A stretch of DNA of 64,000 nt from Cyanophora paradoxa CCMP329 (taxonomy: Eukaryota > Plantae > Glaucophyta): positions 1-64,000 of the forward strand of contig QPMI01000695.1 of the NCBI GenBank assembly GCA_004431415.1. The letters run 5' to 3'. The translations under genes and the position numbers were made by a program. Within the stretch, counting starts at the first letter, position 1. Every line of letters starts with the position of its first letter. Below, piece after piece: positions 37,036 through 50,728 of the stretch. A model generated the notes under the pieces. That model was not told the origin of the DNA and made no database searches. It saw only the letters and a list, made by a program, of their open reading frames with translations.

Positions 37036-40000
37036 ATGCCGCTCTCTGTGCTGTCTGCCAAGGTCGGCTCAGCGTTCGGTTCCATTAGAGCGTGGCTGGG
37101 CGGCGCCAGCGATGGCAGGCCGCGGCACGGCCAGATTGGCGGCAGCACCTGCGGCAGCCAGGACGACCTCGGCGAGGACGTGAATCCAGACGACTTTGGC
37201 GACGCAGCTTTGAGCGAGCAAGTCGTTCAGCCTGCGCATGCAGCGCCAGCTGCGCATGCGACGGCCGCGGTCGCGCTGGCGCCTCCCGCGGCGGAGCCGG
37301 CGGGCGGGAGCGACTCCCCACAAGTCTCGCCAGTACGCTCAGAGCTCGAGCAGAGCCCCGGCAGCGGCTGCTGTGAGACGCCAGGGACGCCTTTGGGTGG
37401 GGGTACGCCTGTACAGCCGTGTACGCCGCCAGTCGCAGCTGCCTCATCAGCGACCCCCGTGTACACGCCTGATCGCCCGCGTCGCAAGCGGGTAGTGGAG
37501 GCGCTGGAGGCGGAGGCACGCCGCCTCGTGAGCATCATCGGGCCACACGCAGTGCGCGTTATTATATATATATATATACATAAAAAGAGCTACCGAGAAT
37601 CGTACTTTATAGGCTACAAAATCGTTGGAGAAGAGCACCTTTCTGAACCACCGTCCGCAGGCCCAACGAGCCCTGGAAACGAGCAAATCGGGTCAGCTGC
37701 AAGTGAAGAAGGCGATGAGCATCGCCTGCAGGAAGCTGCGGGACACCTTCCCCGACTGCGAGATTCTAGAGTGGAAGGACCGCCACTGCATCTCGGACGT
37801 GCGCCCTTTCTCGAATGTTTTAACCCCCCATCCCGTTCTAAACCGACCCCGGGCAGGCGACGTACTTTGAGTTCACGAAGCTCCTGAAGAAGGCCCTGAA
37901 GAAGCACTTCGTGGGGCTGCGAGCCTTCCTCCCGTCGAAGCACTGCATCACGAAGCTACGGGGCAAGGTCAACGATGACCTCGAGAAGGCGCGGCGCGCG
38001 CGCGGGGCGGGGGTGAGGGACGAGGCTCACCGAGCGGTGCAGATCGTGCAGATCGTCGAAACAGCGGCGGGCGTCGGCGACGAGGAGAACAAGGGCAAGC
38101 CGGGCGTCATGCTCGAGCTCTTTGTGCCTCCGTCGAGCGCAGCGCCGGCGGCGGGCGGAGAGGCGGCAGCGCCGGCGGCGGGCGGAGAGGCGGCAGCGCC
38201 GGCGGCGGGCGGAGAGGCGGCAGCGCCGCCGCCCCGCAGAGCTGTCACGCCGACGCCCGCCCTGTCGGCCCTCATCAGCGCTTTCGTCCCGCTGCACAAG
38301 CACAGGGGGAAGAAGATCAGACCTCGAGTCCGCCTGGCGGGCGACGGGACGATCGCGTTCCGCGGGAAGAGCGTCTCCACGACCGACGGCATGACCTGCA
38401 TCGTGGCAATCGTCGACGGCTACTACGTCATCGAGGAGGACGGGACGCAGGCGTACCACGCGCTGAAGGGCGTTCAGAGCAGCTACGCCATCCTGCCCCT
38501 AATGCTCTTCGGCGGTAGCGACAGCGAGGAGAACCTGCGCCCACGCATCAAGCCCCTCGCCGACATGGTCGAGTACCTGAACGAGAACCCGCTCACCCTG
38601 ATCCCCGGGTACGAGCACGACAAGCCCGTCGAGGTCGAATTCTTGGTGACGGGCGACTACAAGTTCCTGCGCGTCCTCCTCGGCTTCGACCTGTGCCCGC
38701 ACTGCGATTCTGTCCACCGACGCGGGTCAGTTCGCCGAGTCACACGCGCTGAGATTCGGCATGGGGCTCACGTTGCTGCAGGTCCGAGTGCTCGGCGGTC
38801 GAAGTCGTGCGCGCAGCAGGGCCGCGGGATCGGGACGGCCTCCCTCCAGCCAGCGAACAGAGAATCCGCACCCCCGAGCACGACGCCAACGCCCTCCTGC
38901 AGCCGCTCCCGAACAGCATGCTGCCCGTCGCTGCCGTCGAGGTGAGAAGCCCGCGACACCTCGCCTCAGCAGACGCCAACGCGCACCTCAGGTCCGGCTC
39001 GACGACGCCCTGCACGGCATCAAGAGCTGGGTGGCCGGGTTCTTCGTCTACTTCTTCCTCGCCCTCGCCTGTGGTGCCTCCGAGGACCAGCAGAAGCGCA
39101 TCGAAGACCTGCAGCGTCATCTTCGCGATAAATACGCGCGGAACATCAAGTTCGAGAAGACCGAGAACGGGGCCACGTACAAGTTCTTCCAGAAGATCTC
39201 CGCCAACACCGCCAAGAAGATCCTGGAGGACCCCGAGGCGCCCGACACCCTCTTCAGCATCTGCTTCGGCGACAGTAAGGAGAGCTGGAGCGAGAAGACG
39301 AGGGGCATGCACGAGATTTGGCAGCTCCGCCAGATAATCTACCAGTACGAGCGGAACATGAAGCCCGACGAGGAGGCGCGGCAGCAAGTTATCGAGGCCG
39401 TCGCCGAGCTCCAGGGCCTGATGGAGACACACTTCCCGTTATGGAAGATCTTCACACGCTACATGCACTCGACGCTTGCGCACCTCGCGTTCTGGGCGCG
39501 CGTCGACAACACGAACGCGCCCGGCCGTTGGAGCTGCGAGGTCATCGAGTCCTACATGGGCCTCCTTCGGCGCCTGCGACACACCGTCACGTCTCTCGGT
39601 GGCGGGTGGAACAAGGACCTCGACATGCTCAAGCAGATCATGACGCACCAGCGGCGGCGCCTGGCGCTGTGGATGCGGAACATGACGGAGGCGAGCGTCG
39701 GCGGGAAGGACGCTGCCCACGCCGAGTACGACGCGCCCGTCGCCGCCAAGGCCTGGCCAGATGTACCCCGGCACTTTTGGCTCACCCACGCATTGCGTCG
39801 AAATTTGAGTCATTTTTCGACGCAGTGCTCCGAAATTTCACGCAATGCTTGAAAATGCGTCGGGGTTTCAAGCAGCGCTTGAAACCCCACGCAGTGCGAC
39901 GCAGCTGCCCGAAACTTCGAAGCACCGCGACTGCGCCAAATTCCCACTGCGTCTGGCTGCGTCGAGCGATGCAGCCTGGCAGCGCTAGCAGGCGTATCCT

Positions 40001-43000
40001 ATAGCTAGTACTAGTAGCTCGTAACCCATGCGGATTGCGGATTCAATGATTAATATTGCAGCGCGCGCGCTCGGGATCCACTGGGGCAGATCCGAGTGCG
40101 CGGGCGGATTGCAGCGCGCGCGCGGCTGTACCAGTACCGCAGTACTAGTATATCCGTACGTGCATGCTTAGTTTGCTCGCGCTTCTGGGCCGCTGGGCCG
40201 CGGCCGGGCCACAGCGGCGACAGGCCCGTGGCCAGCTATTGTGAATCTGTGGCATGCGCTGTTCATAAAAAGATGATGAACTGGAAGTATACAGGCTGTC
40301 CGGGATCCGAAATCTATCCCACGCACCAGCCCCTGAAGCCCGAATCCGAGCGCTAGCTAGTTGCCGAGAAAACGAAAACTAACTGCAATCAGCTGCCGAA
40401 CAGCGGGTAGTGCTGCTGTCCTGCCTGCAGCATCGTCCGCCGGCGGCACAGGCAGAATGCGCCCTCGCCGCACTCGCTGCGGCAAGTCACCGCGCTCGCT
40501 GCGCTCAGAATAAGCGGACTCCTAGCTTAAAGAGAGAAGTGGGAAGCAAGGGGACGTCTGCGCACCGAGGAGAGGGTAGCAGTCCCGCTTCCTCCGCATC
40601 CAGCATCCCTTGCCCGTGCCCGACTCCGTTTGACCTGTTTGAAATTGTGGAGTAAGGGAGACCAGGATGCGCTGCGGTGGAGAGCCCAGCGCCGACGCAC
40701 CGAGATTGCATTGCGTCCCGTGCTGGAGGCCGCAGCCAGTTCTTGCCCTGCGTGCTCTTCAAAGTGCAAGGCCGGAATTCGGGGTACACAGCTGTTGGGC
40801 GAAAGCGGCAGCGACACCAACAGCGATATCGATCGAGGATGCTTGAGGACGCCCTTCGGCTCAGCTTTCCGAGGAAGCCTGAGCGGTCCCATGCTCCTTC
40901 GCAGCTCGCTCGGCCGCGGTGCCGAGCACGTTGGCGGAAGCTCGCAGATGCGGCGCGCGGCCCTTTCGTTAGCTATAGCTAGGCGCATGTGGCCCGTGTT
41001 CTCGCAGCTGCATGTCTATGCCCTGGCGTGGCCGTGTTTCCGTGCGGCGCCGCGTTCACGGCCTGCCTTCCTCCCACAAACCGACGACGTGCGTCTATGC
41101 CGTGCCCTCCGCGTTCCACGCGTGACGTACAGCTCACTCGATTTCGCAGGGATCGCCGGCGGTGAGCCCCGTCGGCCCAGTTGGTTGGCCCTGCGCCCAA
41201 GCCGAGCCAAGGTGCGGCTACCGCCTGGACGGGGTGCGGGATCAGACGGGCTGCATCCCGTTTCTCGCTGTTGATCTCTCCTTCGTAGCGGGCGATGGCG
41301 TGCCGGCAAGCTGCTGGGCGGCGATCGCGCCCTGCCGAGCGCGTCGCCATCGCCGGGGGTGGGCCACCGGACTATAGCTTTGCGTCAGCGGCGCGCGAAC
41401 GCATGTCTCACGATTCTTGCTTGCGTTCCAGGCGCTGGATCGCGCGCGCCGTCTCCAGGCTCCGAATTCTGGACCCCTCTTCCACAGCTTGGTGAGGCTC
41501 AGGCCTAGACGAGGTGAGTTGAGCGGTCTGTGTGCGTACGCGTCGCTGACAAGGCGCTCCTGTCGCGCAGGATGATCGAGTCCCGGGGCGATGGTCGGAG
41601 GGAGCGGAGGGCGGCAGCATGGATTGCACGGCGGGGCGTAGGATCGGCGGGCGGCGGCCCGGGCGCACGCCTCGCGCGCCGCCGGCTGCCCGCCCGCCCC
41701 GGCCCGCCCCGCGCCGTCGCTTCGCCCGCCCCGGCGCCTTCGCCCCGCTCCGCCCCGTCGCTTTCGCCCCGCCCCGCAGAGTCGGTGCGCCGTGCTGAGC
41801 GCCCTGCCCGGCACAGCCCGGCCTGCCTGCTGCTGACGCCCTCGCAGCTCTCGAGGATTTTGAATTTTCGGGGCGTCCCGCTGCCGCGGGAGAGGATCTT
41901 CGAGCGCCCCGCCGCCCCGCCGTCCTCAGGGGACAGCGCCGGGGGTCGCTGAAGCTCGCAGGGCGGGGCGGAGGCGCGGCGAGCGGAGGCGCGGCTCGCC
42001 GCACGGGGTGGAGGCGCGGCGGGCGGCGGCGCGGCTCACCTGGCGGGGCGGAGGCGCGGCGGGCGGCGGCACGGCTCGCCGGGAGGGGCGGCGGCGCGGC
42101 GGGCGGCGCGCAGCTCGCCGGGCGGGTGAGGGTGCGGCGGGCGGCGGCGAAGCTCGGCGGGCAGGGCGGAGGCGCGGCGGGCGGCGGCACGGCTCGCCGG
42201 GAGGGCGGCGGCGCGGCGGGCGGCGCGCAGCTCGCCGGGCGGGGCGAGGGTGCGGCGGGCGGCGGCGAAGCTCGGCGGGCGGGGCGCGGGAGCGGCGGGC
42301 GGCGGCGCGGCTCGCCAGGCGGGGCGGAGGCGCGGCGGGCGGCGCCGCGGCTCGCGGGGCGGGGCGGAGGCGCAGCGTGCTGCGGCCCGGCTCGCCGCAC
42401 GGGGTGGAGGCGCGGCTGGCGGCGGCGCGGCTCGCCAGGGGGGCGGAGGCGCAGCAGGCGGACAGGACGGCAGGCGCGGCGGGCGGCGGCGTGGCTCGCG
42501 GGGCGCCGCGGTGGCGCGACGCGGCTTCGATTCGTGATCACTGATCATGAGCGTGATGATCTCTTGTCATTCAATTTAAACAGATCCGAGGCTGCGCTGC
42601 CCTGCAACTTGGCACAAATGAAGTGTTGGCAATTGGGGCCCACTATTGCTTGGCGAGGCACCAGCACCTTTTCAGCGCTTGCCACTATTAAAATCAAATC
42701 TAGCGCCTTTGATATAGTCCAGGTACGCTTCTCCAGTCAGTGAAAAGGCCGGGATCTCAGAGTCTTTTCCTGGCTTCATGATCAATTCTCATGATCATCA
42801 TGAACACTGCATGCATGGGTGCTCAGATCCTCACTGCGAGCCAAATTGAAACTCGGGGCCCATATTGCATACGCCCGCGAGCATGCTGTTGGGGGTTCTC
42901 GAGGGCGCTGGATTTGATTATGAAGTTGGTTTAAGACAGATCCGAGGCTGCGGTGCCCTGCAACTTGGCACAAATGAAGTGTTGGCAATTGGGGCCCACT

Positions 43001-46000
43001 ATTGCTTGGCGAGGCACCAGCACCTTTTCAGCGCTTGCCACTATAAAAATCAAATCTAGCGCCTTTGATATAGCCTAGGTACGCTTCTCCAGTCAGTGAA
43101 AAGGCCGGGATCTTTTCCTGGCTTCATGATCAATTTTCATGATCATCATGAACACTGCATGCATGGGTGCTCAGATCCTCACTGCGAGCCAAATTGAAAC
43201 TCGGGGCCCATATTGCATACGCCCGCGAGCATGCTGTTGGGGGTTCTCGAGGCTGGATTTGATTATGAAGTCGGTTGAAGACAGATCCGAGGCTGCGCTG
43301 CCCTGCAACTTGGCACAAATGAAGTGTTGGCAATTGGGGTCCACTATTGCTTGGCGAGGCACCAGCACCTTTTCAGCGCTTGCCACTATTAAAATCAAAT
43401 CTAGCGCCTTTGATATAGTCCAGGTACGCTTCTCCAGTCAGTGAAAAGGCCGGGATCTTTTCCTGGCTTCATGATCAATTCTCATGATCATCATGAACAC
43501 TGCATGCATGGGTGCTCAGATTATCACTGCGAGCCAAATCGAAACTCGGGGCCCATATTGCATACGCCCGTGAGTATGCAGATGGGGGTTCTCGAGGGCG
43601 CTGGATTTGATTATGAAGTCGGTTTAAGACAGATCCGAGGCTGCGGTGCCCTGCAACTTGGCACAAATGAAGTGTTGGCAATTGGGGCCCACTATTGCTT
43701 GGCGAGGTACAAGCACCTTTTCAGCGCTTGCCACTATAAAAATCAAATCTAGCGCCTTTGATATAGCCTAGGTACGCTTCTCCAGTCAGTCAAAAGGTCG
43801 GGATCTTTGCAAAGCCTCATGATCAGTGATCATGATCATCATGAACACTGCATGCATGGGTGCTCAGATTATCACTGCGAGCCAAATCGAAACTCGGGGC
43901 CCATATTGCATACGCCCGTGAGTATGCAGATGGGGGTTCTCGAGGGCGCTGGATTTGATTATGAAGTCGGTTTAAGACAGATCCGAGGCTGCGGTGCCCT
44001 GCAACTTGGCACAAATGAAGTGTTGGCAATTGGGGCCCACTATTGCTTGGCGAGGTACAAGCACCTTTTCAGCGCTTGCCACTATAAAAATCAAATCTAG
44101 CGCCTTTGATATAGCCTAGGTACGCTTCTCCAGTCAGTCAAAAGGTCGGGATCTTTGCAAAGCCTCATGATCAGTGATCATGATCATCATGAACACTGCA
44201 TGCATCATGGGCATGGGTGCTCAGATTATCACTGCGAGCCAAATCGAAACTCGGGGCCCATATTGCATACGCCCGTGAGTATGCAGATGGGGGTTCTCGA
44301 GGGCGTTGGATTTGATTATGAAGTCGGTTTAAGACAGATCCGAGGCTGCGGTGCCCTGCAACTTGGCACAAATGAAGTGTTGGCAATTGGGGCCCACTAT
44401 TGCAAATTGCTTGGCGAGGTACAAGCATCTTTTCAGCGCTTGCCACTATCAAAATCAAATCTAGCGCCTTTGATATAGCCAAGGTACGCTTCTCCAGTCA
44501 GTCAAAAGGTCGGGATCTTTGCAAAGCCTCATGATCGTGATCAGTGATCATGATCATCATGAGCACTACACCGCCCGGCGACCCGCGCCACCGCCCGCCG
44601 CGCCTCCGCCCCGCCCCGCGAGCCGCGCCGCCACCCCTGAGCCCCCGCCCCGTCCGACGAGCCGCGTCGCCGCCCGACGCGTTTCCGCCCCGCCCCGCGA
44701 GCCGCGGCGCCGCCCGCCGCGCCTCCGCCCGCCCCGCGAGCCGCGGCGCCGCCCGCCGCGCCCGCGCCCCGCCCGGCGACCCGCGCCTCCGCCCGCCGCG
44801 CCTCCGACCTGCCCGGCGAGCCGCGCCTCCGCCCGCCGCGCCTCCGCCCCGCCCCGCGAGCCGCGGCGCCGCCCGCCGCGCCTCCGACCTGCCCGGCGAG
44901 CCGCGCCTCCGCCCGCCGCGCCTCCGCCCCGCCCCGCGAGCCGCGCCTCCGCCCGCCGCGCCTCCGCCCCGCCCGCGAGCCGCGCCTCCGCCCGCCGCGC
45001 CCCGCCCCGCCCGGCGAGCCGCGCCGCCCCCGACACGCCTCCGCCCTGCCCGGCGAGCCGCGCCTCCGCCCGCCGCGCCTCCGCCCGCCCCGCGAGCCGT
45101 GTCTCCGCCCGCCGCGCCGCCGCCCCGCCCTGCGAGCTGCGCCGCAACCCGCTGAGCCCCGCCCTGCCCGGCGAGCCGAGTCGCTGCCCGACGCGCCTCC
45201 GCCCCGTCCGGCGAGCCGCGTCGCCGCCCGCCGAGCCTCCGCCCCGCCCCGCGAGCCGTGTCTCCGCCCGCCGCGCCGCCGCCCCGCCCTGCGAGCTGCG
45301 CCGCAACCCGCTGAGCCCCCGCCCTGCCCGGCGAGCCGAGTCGCTGCCCGACGCGCCTCCGCCCCGTCCGGCGAGCCGCGTCGCCGCCCGCCGAGCCTCC
45401 GTCCCGCCCCGCGAGCTGCGCCGCCGCCCGCCGCGCCCCCGCCCGCCCAGTGAGCCGCGCCGCCACCCTGCCCGGAGAGCCGCGCTCGCCGCGTCTCCTA
45501 CCTGGCCGGAGGGAGCCGTGCCACCGCCCGCTGTCTCGCTGAACCCGCCAGGCAAGTTTAGCGGGGGGAGAGAGGGGGGGGGGAGGGAGACAGGACGGGC
45601 AGCTGGCGGCGCGCGAGGCGCGCGCCCCGGGCGGCGGGCGATCGGACCTACAGGACGTGGCGGCTGGTGCCAAGGAGGCGGTAGCTGCGGCGACGGGGAA
45701 GCCTCGGCAGCTGCGGCGGCGGGCTCGGCGACGTGCGAGGCGTGCGCCCCGGGCCGCCGCCCGCCGATCCTACGTCCCGCCGTGCGATCCCTGCTGCCGC
45801 CCTCCGCGCTACTGAACGCGAAGCTATGGTCTGGAAGCGCACCCGCGGCCATGGCGATGGCAGGGCGCGTTCGCCGCCAGCGGCGTGCCGGCACTCCATC
45901 GCCCGCTACGAAGGAGAGATCAACAGCGAGAAGCGTGCGGCAGTTCGCCTGTCCCCCCGTTCCCGGCCAGGCGGCCGCCGCACCTTGGCTCGGCTTGGGC

Positions 46001-48692
46001 GCGGGGCCAACCAACTGGGCCGACGGGGCTCACCGCCGGCGATCCCTGCGAAATCGAGTGAGCTGTACGACACGCGGGGAACGCGGAGGGCACGGCATAG
46101 ACGCACGTCGTCGGTTTGTGGGAGGAAGGCAGGCCGTCAACGCAGCGCCGCACGGAAACACGGCCACGCCAGGGAATAGACCCAGCTGCGAGAGCACGGA
46201 CCACACGCGCCTAGCTATAGCTAACTTAAGGGCCGCGCGCCGCGTCTGCGAGCTTCCGAAGTTCCGCCAACGTGCGCGGAACCAAGCGAGCTGCGAAGGA
46301 GCCGGGACCGCTTCAGGCGCCCTCGAAAAGCTGAGCCGAGGGGCGTCAGGCGCCCTCGCTGTTTGGTCTCGCAAGGCGGGGTGCCGCTTTCGCCGAACAG
46401 CTGTGTACCCCAAATACGCTGCCTTGGAACGCTTTGAAGAGCACGCAGCTGCAGGGCAAGAACTGGCCGCGGCTTCCAGCACGGGACGCGATGGACTCTC
46501 GGTTCGTCGGCGCTGGGCTCTCCACCGCAGCGCATCCGGTCCTTACTCCGCATTTCAAACAGGTCAAACGGAGTCCGCACAGCTGCCGCGAACTTGACGA
46601 GCCTCGAGCGCGAACGACGCTCGAAGGTGCCTACTTGCATCCTCTCGCGTCCCCCGCCTGTCGCCGGCCTGATTTCAAACGCAGAGCGCTGCCCCAGCGC
46701 GGCGGGCGCCCGCTCGTGGCGGAGAGCGCTCGTGCACGCGTCGTTCTTGCCTCTTCAAGCGCCCTTGATCTGCATTCTTAGCCCGGCCGCCGCCGCCAAG
46801 TGTTCCTGCTTTTGGTCGGCTCGCGCAGAAAGGAGAAGGCGGCTGCCGATGCGAAGCAAGGTGCTTTTTCGTTTCATCTCCTTTGCCCCAATCCCTCATT
46901 CCGCTTGCGGTCCAGGGAACGGGGTGACTGGTCCGCGCGAGCAGAGCACCACCATCCAGTTCGCCTAGCGTCTTCTCCCGCAGGCCAGGTGCTCGCTCTT
47001 GTTTCCGCTACTCTCGCGTCGATGTTTTTGTGACGCCGGCCGCGTGCGCAGCGGAGCGGGTGCCGTTCTCGGACGCGTGGCTGCTGGACGCCCTCGGAGT
47101 TCATGCGCTTGCGGCCGCTGTGGCGCAGATGCGGCGGGTGCGGTCGTTTGACGGCGCGCATTCTTCTCTTCTTTCGGTTGACGCTCCGAGCGCAGCGAGC
47201 GCTGCGCCGTCGCGGCGACCGCGTTCCGGGCGCTCTCAAACTCGGTGTGGGCGCTCGGCGACAGGTGCGGTCTGTTTATTGGCGCGCGTTCTATCTTCTT
47301 TTGATTGACATTCCTCTCCGTGCGCAGCGAGCGCTCTGCCTTCGACGTCGGGCACGGGCAAGGGATGCTGGAAGCGGGGACGGGCCTGCTGCTCTCTCCT
47401 TGCTGCGGTGCGCAGACGTCCCCTTGCTTCCCACTTCTCTCTTTATGGTAGGAGCCCGCTTATCCTGATGCGCGCAGCGCAGCGAGCGCGGCGACGTTCC
47501 GCAGCGAGTGCGGCGAGGGCGCATTCTGCCTGGGCCGGAGGCGGGCTGCTGGCGACCGGCTGGGCATGCGCAGGCAGCGGACGATGCCGCAGGCAGGACA
47601 GCGCTAGCAGCACTACCTGCTGTTCGGCAGCTGATTGCAGTTAGTTTTCCTTTTCTCGGCAACTAGCGCGGGGGGACGACGCCGCTTGCAGGTCATTGCG
47701 TATTGTGTAAACCCCTCACAGCCTGAGTTGCAGGCGGGGCAGATTGGGGCAGATGAGCTCGAGGGCGCCCGCGCACGATCGGCCACGAGGCCGCTAGCTG
47801 TTTCACAGTGGGCGCACATGTACATCTACACGAGGCGCCGCGCGGGCTCGGGATTGGCCCAAAAGCCGCTGAGCTGTATGCGCATGCGCACATGTACTAC
47901 GGTACGACCTAGGGGCGCCGGCGCCACGCGTGCCCCGTCGAGCTTGACGACCGACTCTAGATCTCTCTCTCGGCGAGCTCGAGCGCTAGCCGCGTCGAGC
48001 TCAGGCCCATAGCAACGAGCTCGACGACCGTCGACCGGCCGGCGCCACGCTGCTGGCTATAGCTACGTATACGTACGCCGCGGCGCCGGCGCATGCGCAG
48101 TGCGTCCAGCTGCGTCGAGCGACGCAGTGCGTCGAACTTCGAGTGCGTCGAGCGACGCAGTTTCGTGAAACTTGGCGCACTGCTTGAAACTGCGTGGAGA
48201 TTTCGAGCAGTGCTTCATTTCCGACGCAATGCTTGAAATTCCCACGCAATGCTTGAAATTTCCGACGCAATGCGTGGGTGAGCCAAAAGTGCCGGGGTAC
48301 CAGATGGGCCCTTCATCCCCCGACCTGCGGCCCGTCCCCACCGGTCAGCGGCTATGCAGGGCGAAGGGGCGGCGGCGGCGCCGCCAGGGGGCGAGGAGGT
48401 GGCAGTGGTGCCCCTGCCTGCGGACGAGGAGGAGATCGACGAGGATATCGAGCTGCAGGAGGGGGATCCGGTGCCGGAGGACGAGGTGCCCGAGGAGAGC
48501 GGGGACGAGGAGGAGGAGGAGGAGGAGACCGCCGAGTACGACGCCGAGGCAGAGGAGGAGGCGGAGGAGGAGATGGAGGCGGAGGATGAGGGCGCCAACA
48601 TGCTCGATTTCGATGATAGGGCCCTAGCGGAGGTTCTAGCAGACGATCTAGCGGAGGGGGAAATAGACGAAATGGATTTGGACCAGACATAG
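37036..48692 (+). CDS. RAG1/Transib/Chapaev-like DDE transposase (962 aa reconstructed), interrupted by a foldback element
   Basis: Exons 37036-37551, 37613-37798, 37857-38725, 38782-38941 and 38992-39763 + 48307-48692, with four frame-preserving GT-AG introns. Motifs LAGDG, PLMLFGGSDSEENL, GDYKFL..LG..CPHC, DALH, TRYMHSTLAH and GRWSCEVIES, plus an acidic C-tail. Confidence 0.82.
39764..48299. mobile_element. Non-autonomous foldback element, 8,536 bp
   Basis: Perfect terminal inverted repeat TACCCCGGCACTTTTGGCTCACCCACGCATTGCGTCG. TSD CCAGATG at 39757-39763 and 48300-48306. Imperfect inverted arms of about 2.8 and 3.7 kb. No credible ORF. Confidence 0.93.
42545..44565. repeat. Tandem repeat of about 348 bp, about 5.7 copies
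   Basis: TGATCATCATGAACACTGCATGCAT recurs near 42792, 43140, 43486, 43833 and 44181. Confidence 0.95.
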
Positions 48693-48699
48693 CGCACCT

Positions 48700-50728
48700 T
48701 GTAACCTAGATAGTGCGATTCTCAGTAGCAGCTTCACGACTTTGCCCTCTTGCGCGCCGCCACCGCGGCCGCGAGCTGTGCCGCGCGATCCTTCCTGCTG
48801 CAGGATTAGGCGAGCAAGTAGCCGAGCGGGGGCGAGGGGAGGGGCGCACTTGGGGACCGAGGCGGATGCGGCGGGGGCAGGTAGGGCGGCAGCGGCCGGT
48901 GGGGCAGCAGCAGCAGGGGCCGACAGGGCGGCGACCGGCGGGGCGGGGCGGGCGGGCGGCGGCGGCGGGGGCCGGCGGGGCGGCGACGGCGGGGGCCGGC
49001 AGGGCGGCGGCAGCGGGGCCGGCAGGGCGGCGGCGGCGGGGCCGGCAGGGCGGCGGCGGCAGGTTCTGAAGGGGCTGCTTCGGGGACAGGCGGCGCCTTG
49101 GCGACGGTGTTGGCGCCGGCGCGGCACCGGCGCGGGCGCTTCACAGGGACAGCCGCGAGGGGCCCCGCGAGGCTGGCGATGCGCTCGCCGTCGGGCCGTA
49201 CTCGTAGCTCGGAAGCTCGAGCGTGACGTGCCCACCTTTCCTGCCGAGCGCTTCGTGGCCACGATCCGACCGGGACCTGCCGCGCCCAAGGAGCAGAGCT
49301 TCGTAAGCGAGCGGCGCGGCGAGGGCGGGCCGGGCGCACGCTCGTCGAACTGGACGACGTCATGGGAGCCCGTGTGGCGCGGCACGATTAAGCCGCCGTA
49401 CGCCTTCTCGACGGTGACGGTCTTCATCTCGCTGTGCTTCCGGATCGCCTTCCCGTCCGCGTCCCGCTTGCAGACGCGCTTGGACGCTTGCGCCACGCCG
49501 GAGGGACCGAGAACAGCTGCAAAGAGGTCGGAAAAAGAACAGCGAGCGGGATAAAGGAAGCGGCTTCCACCAGTAGTGGTCTCGCGGTCCGGAAGCTCGA
49601 TAACGAAGCGATTCGCCGCCGGCAGCTTGTCAACCGGGATCGGCTGGCCCGTCTTCGGGTCGATGGGCGTGGCGACGTGCGCGACCTGCGCCATGATGTT
49701 CTCCTGCGATGCGCACCGTTAGAGGATAGGAAAATGAACTTCGAACGATTCATAAGAGCCGCAGACCAACATTGCCGGCCCGGCCACCGGGATCTTGACG
49801 TTGACAAGCTGCGTCCCGGTCTTCCGGCGCTTGAGGGCGTTCGCGGCGGCGTCCTGAAGGTAGCCAATCGCCTCCACGCGCTCCTCCGGCCTCGACAGCG
49901 GCCGGAGGAAGCACGCCATCTTCTTCTTCGCCACTCGCTTGAGCCTCGCGTTGAAGGCGAGGGCGACGTCGAACTGGAAGGAGCCGTCGCCCGGGAACGT
50001 CATGATTTGCTTACAGACGTAGATGTGGGGATCGGCGTGGTTGAGGGCTTTGTACTCGTCCGCGGCCACCACCTTCGCGAGTGCGTGAACCTGCGCGCAC
50101 GGGCATCGGACGCTGGAACGGGGCGCGGGCGCGGCGGGCGGACCGTCACGTTCGAGTAGTAGATGAGGTGGTTTGCGATGGCCACGGCTGCCTGCTCCCC
50201 GTCTGCCTTGATGATCACGCTGCCGAGCCCGCAGTCCTTCACATCGGAGTCCTCCGGGCGCACGAAGCGCCGAAGGATGACGCCGTTGACGAAGTAGTTG
50301 AAGTCGCCGCGCTTCGCCTTCGTCTGTGTTGGGAACTCGCCCTCGACTCGCGCCAAAATCGTTTCACCTGGGCGCGGGAAATGGAAGGGCTTCGGGCGAA
50401 CGACGCTGAGTTCTGGACACAGCTGGGTGTCTGAGCTAACTGAACAGATGATGAAGTCGCCAAGGCGAACGTGGTAGGCGCGGCCGCTGGTGTCCAGGCA
50501 GCGGACCGTTGCCGCGGGGTGCTCGCCCTTGAGGATGTCGAGGTCAGGGAGCTTGGGCTCCTTCGCCTTGCGCGCCTGCTGAGTGATCTTGTTGACACGC
50601 TTCATGTTGCCCTTGCCGGCCCACGAGCTGCTGCTGTCGGGTCGCTTGCCGTGCCAGCGGTGCCGACGTCGGGCCTCGTCGAAGCCGTCATCCCAGAGGC
50701 TGGGTTCCTTTCGCTTTGACTGCTTCAT
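48700..50728 (-). CDS. BAH-like domain protein, partner gene of the transposase, multi-exon
   Basis: Pattern YHVRLGDFI..ILARVE..RRFVRPEDS..LIYYS..VVAADEY..IYVCK resembles a BAH domain. Introns at 50091-50143 and about 49704-49766. 3' end uncertain. Confidence 0.55.

Noticed and set aside
42545-44565. CRISPR array or repeated small genes
   Set aside because: Whole units are repeated with no unique spacers, and the ORFs are not maintained between units.
48700-50728. RAG2 orthologue
   Set aside because: No kelch repeats or PHD finger are recognisable. The similarity to RAG2 is in gene arrangement only.
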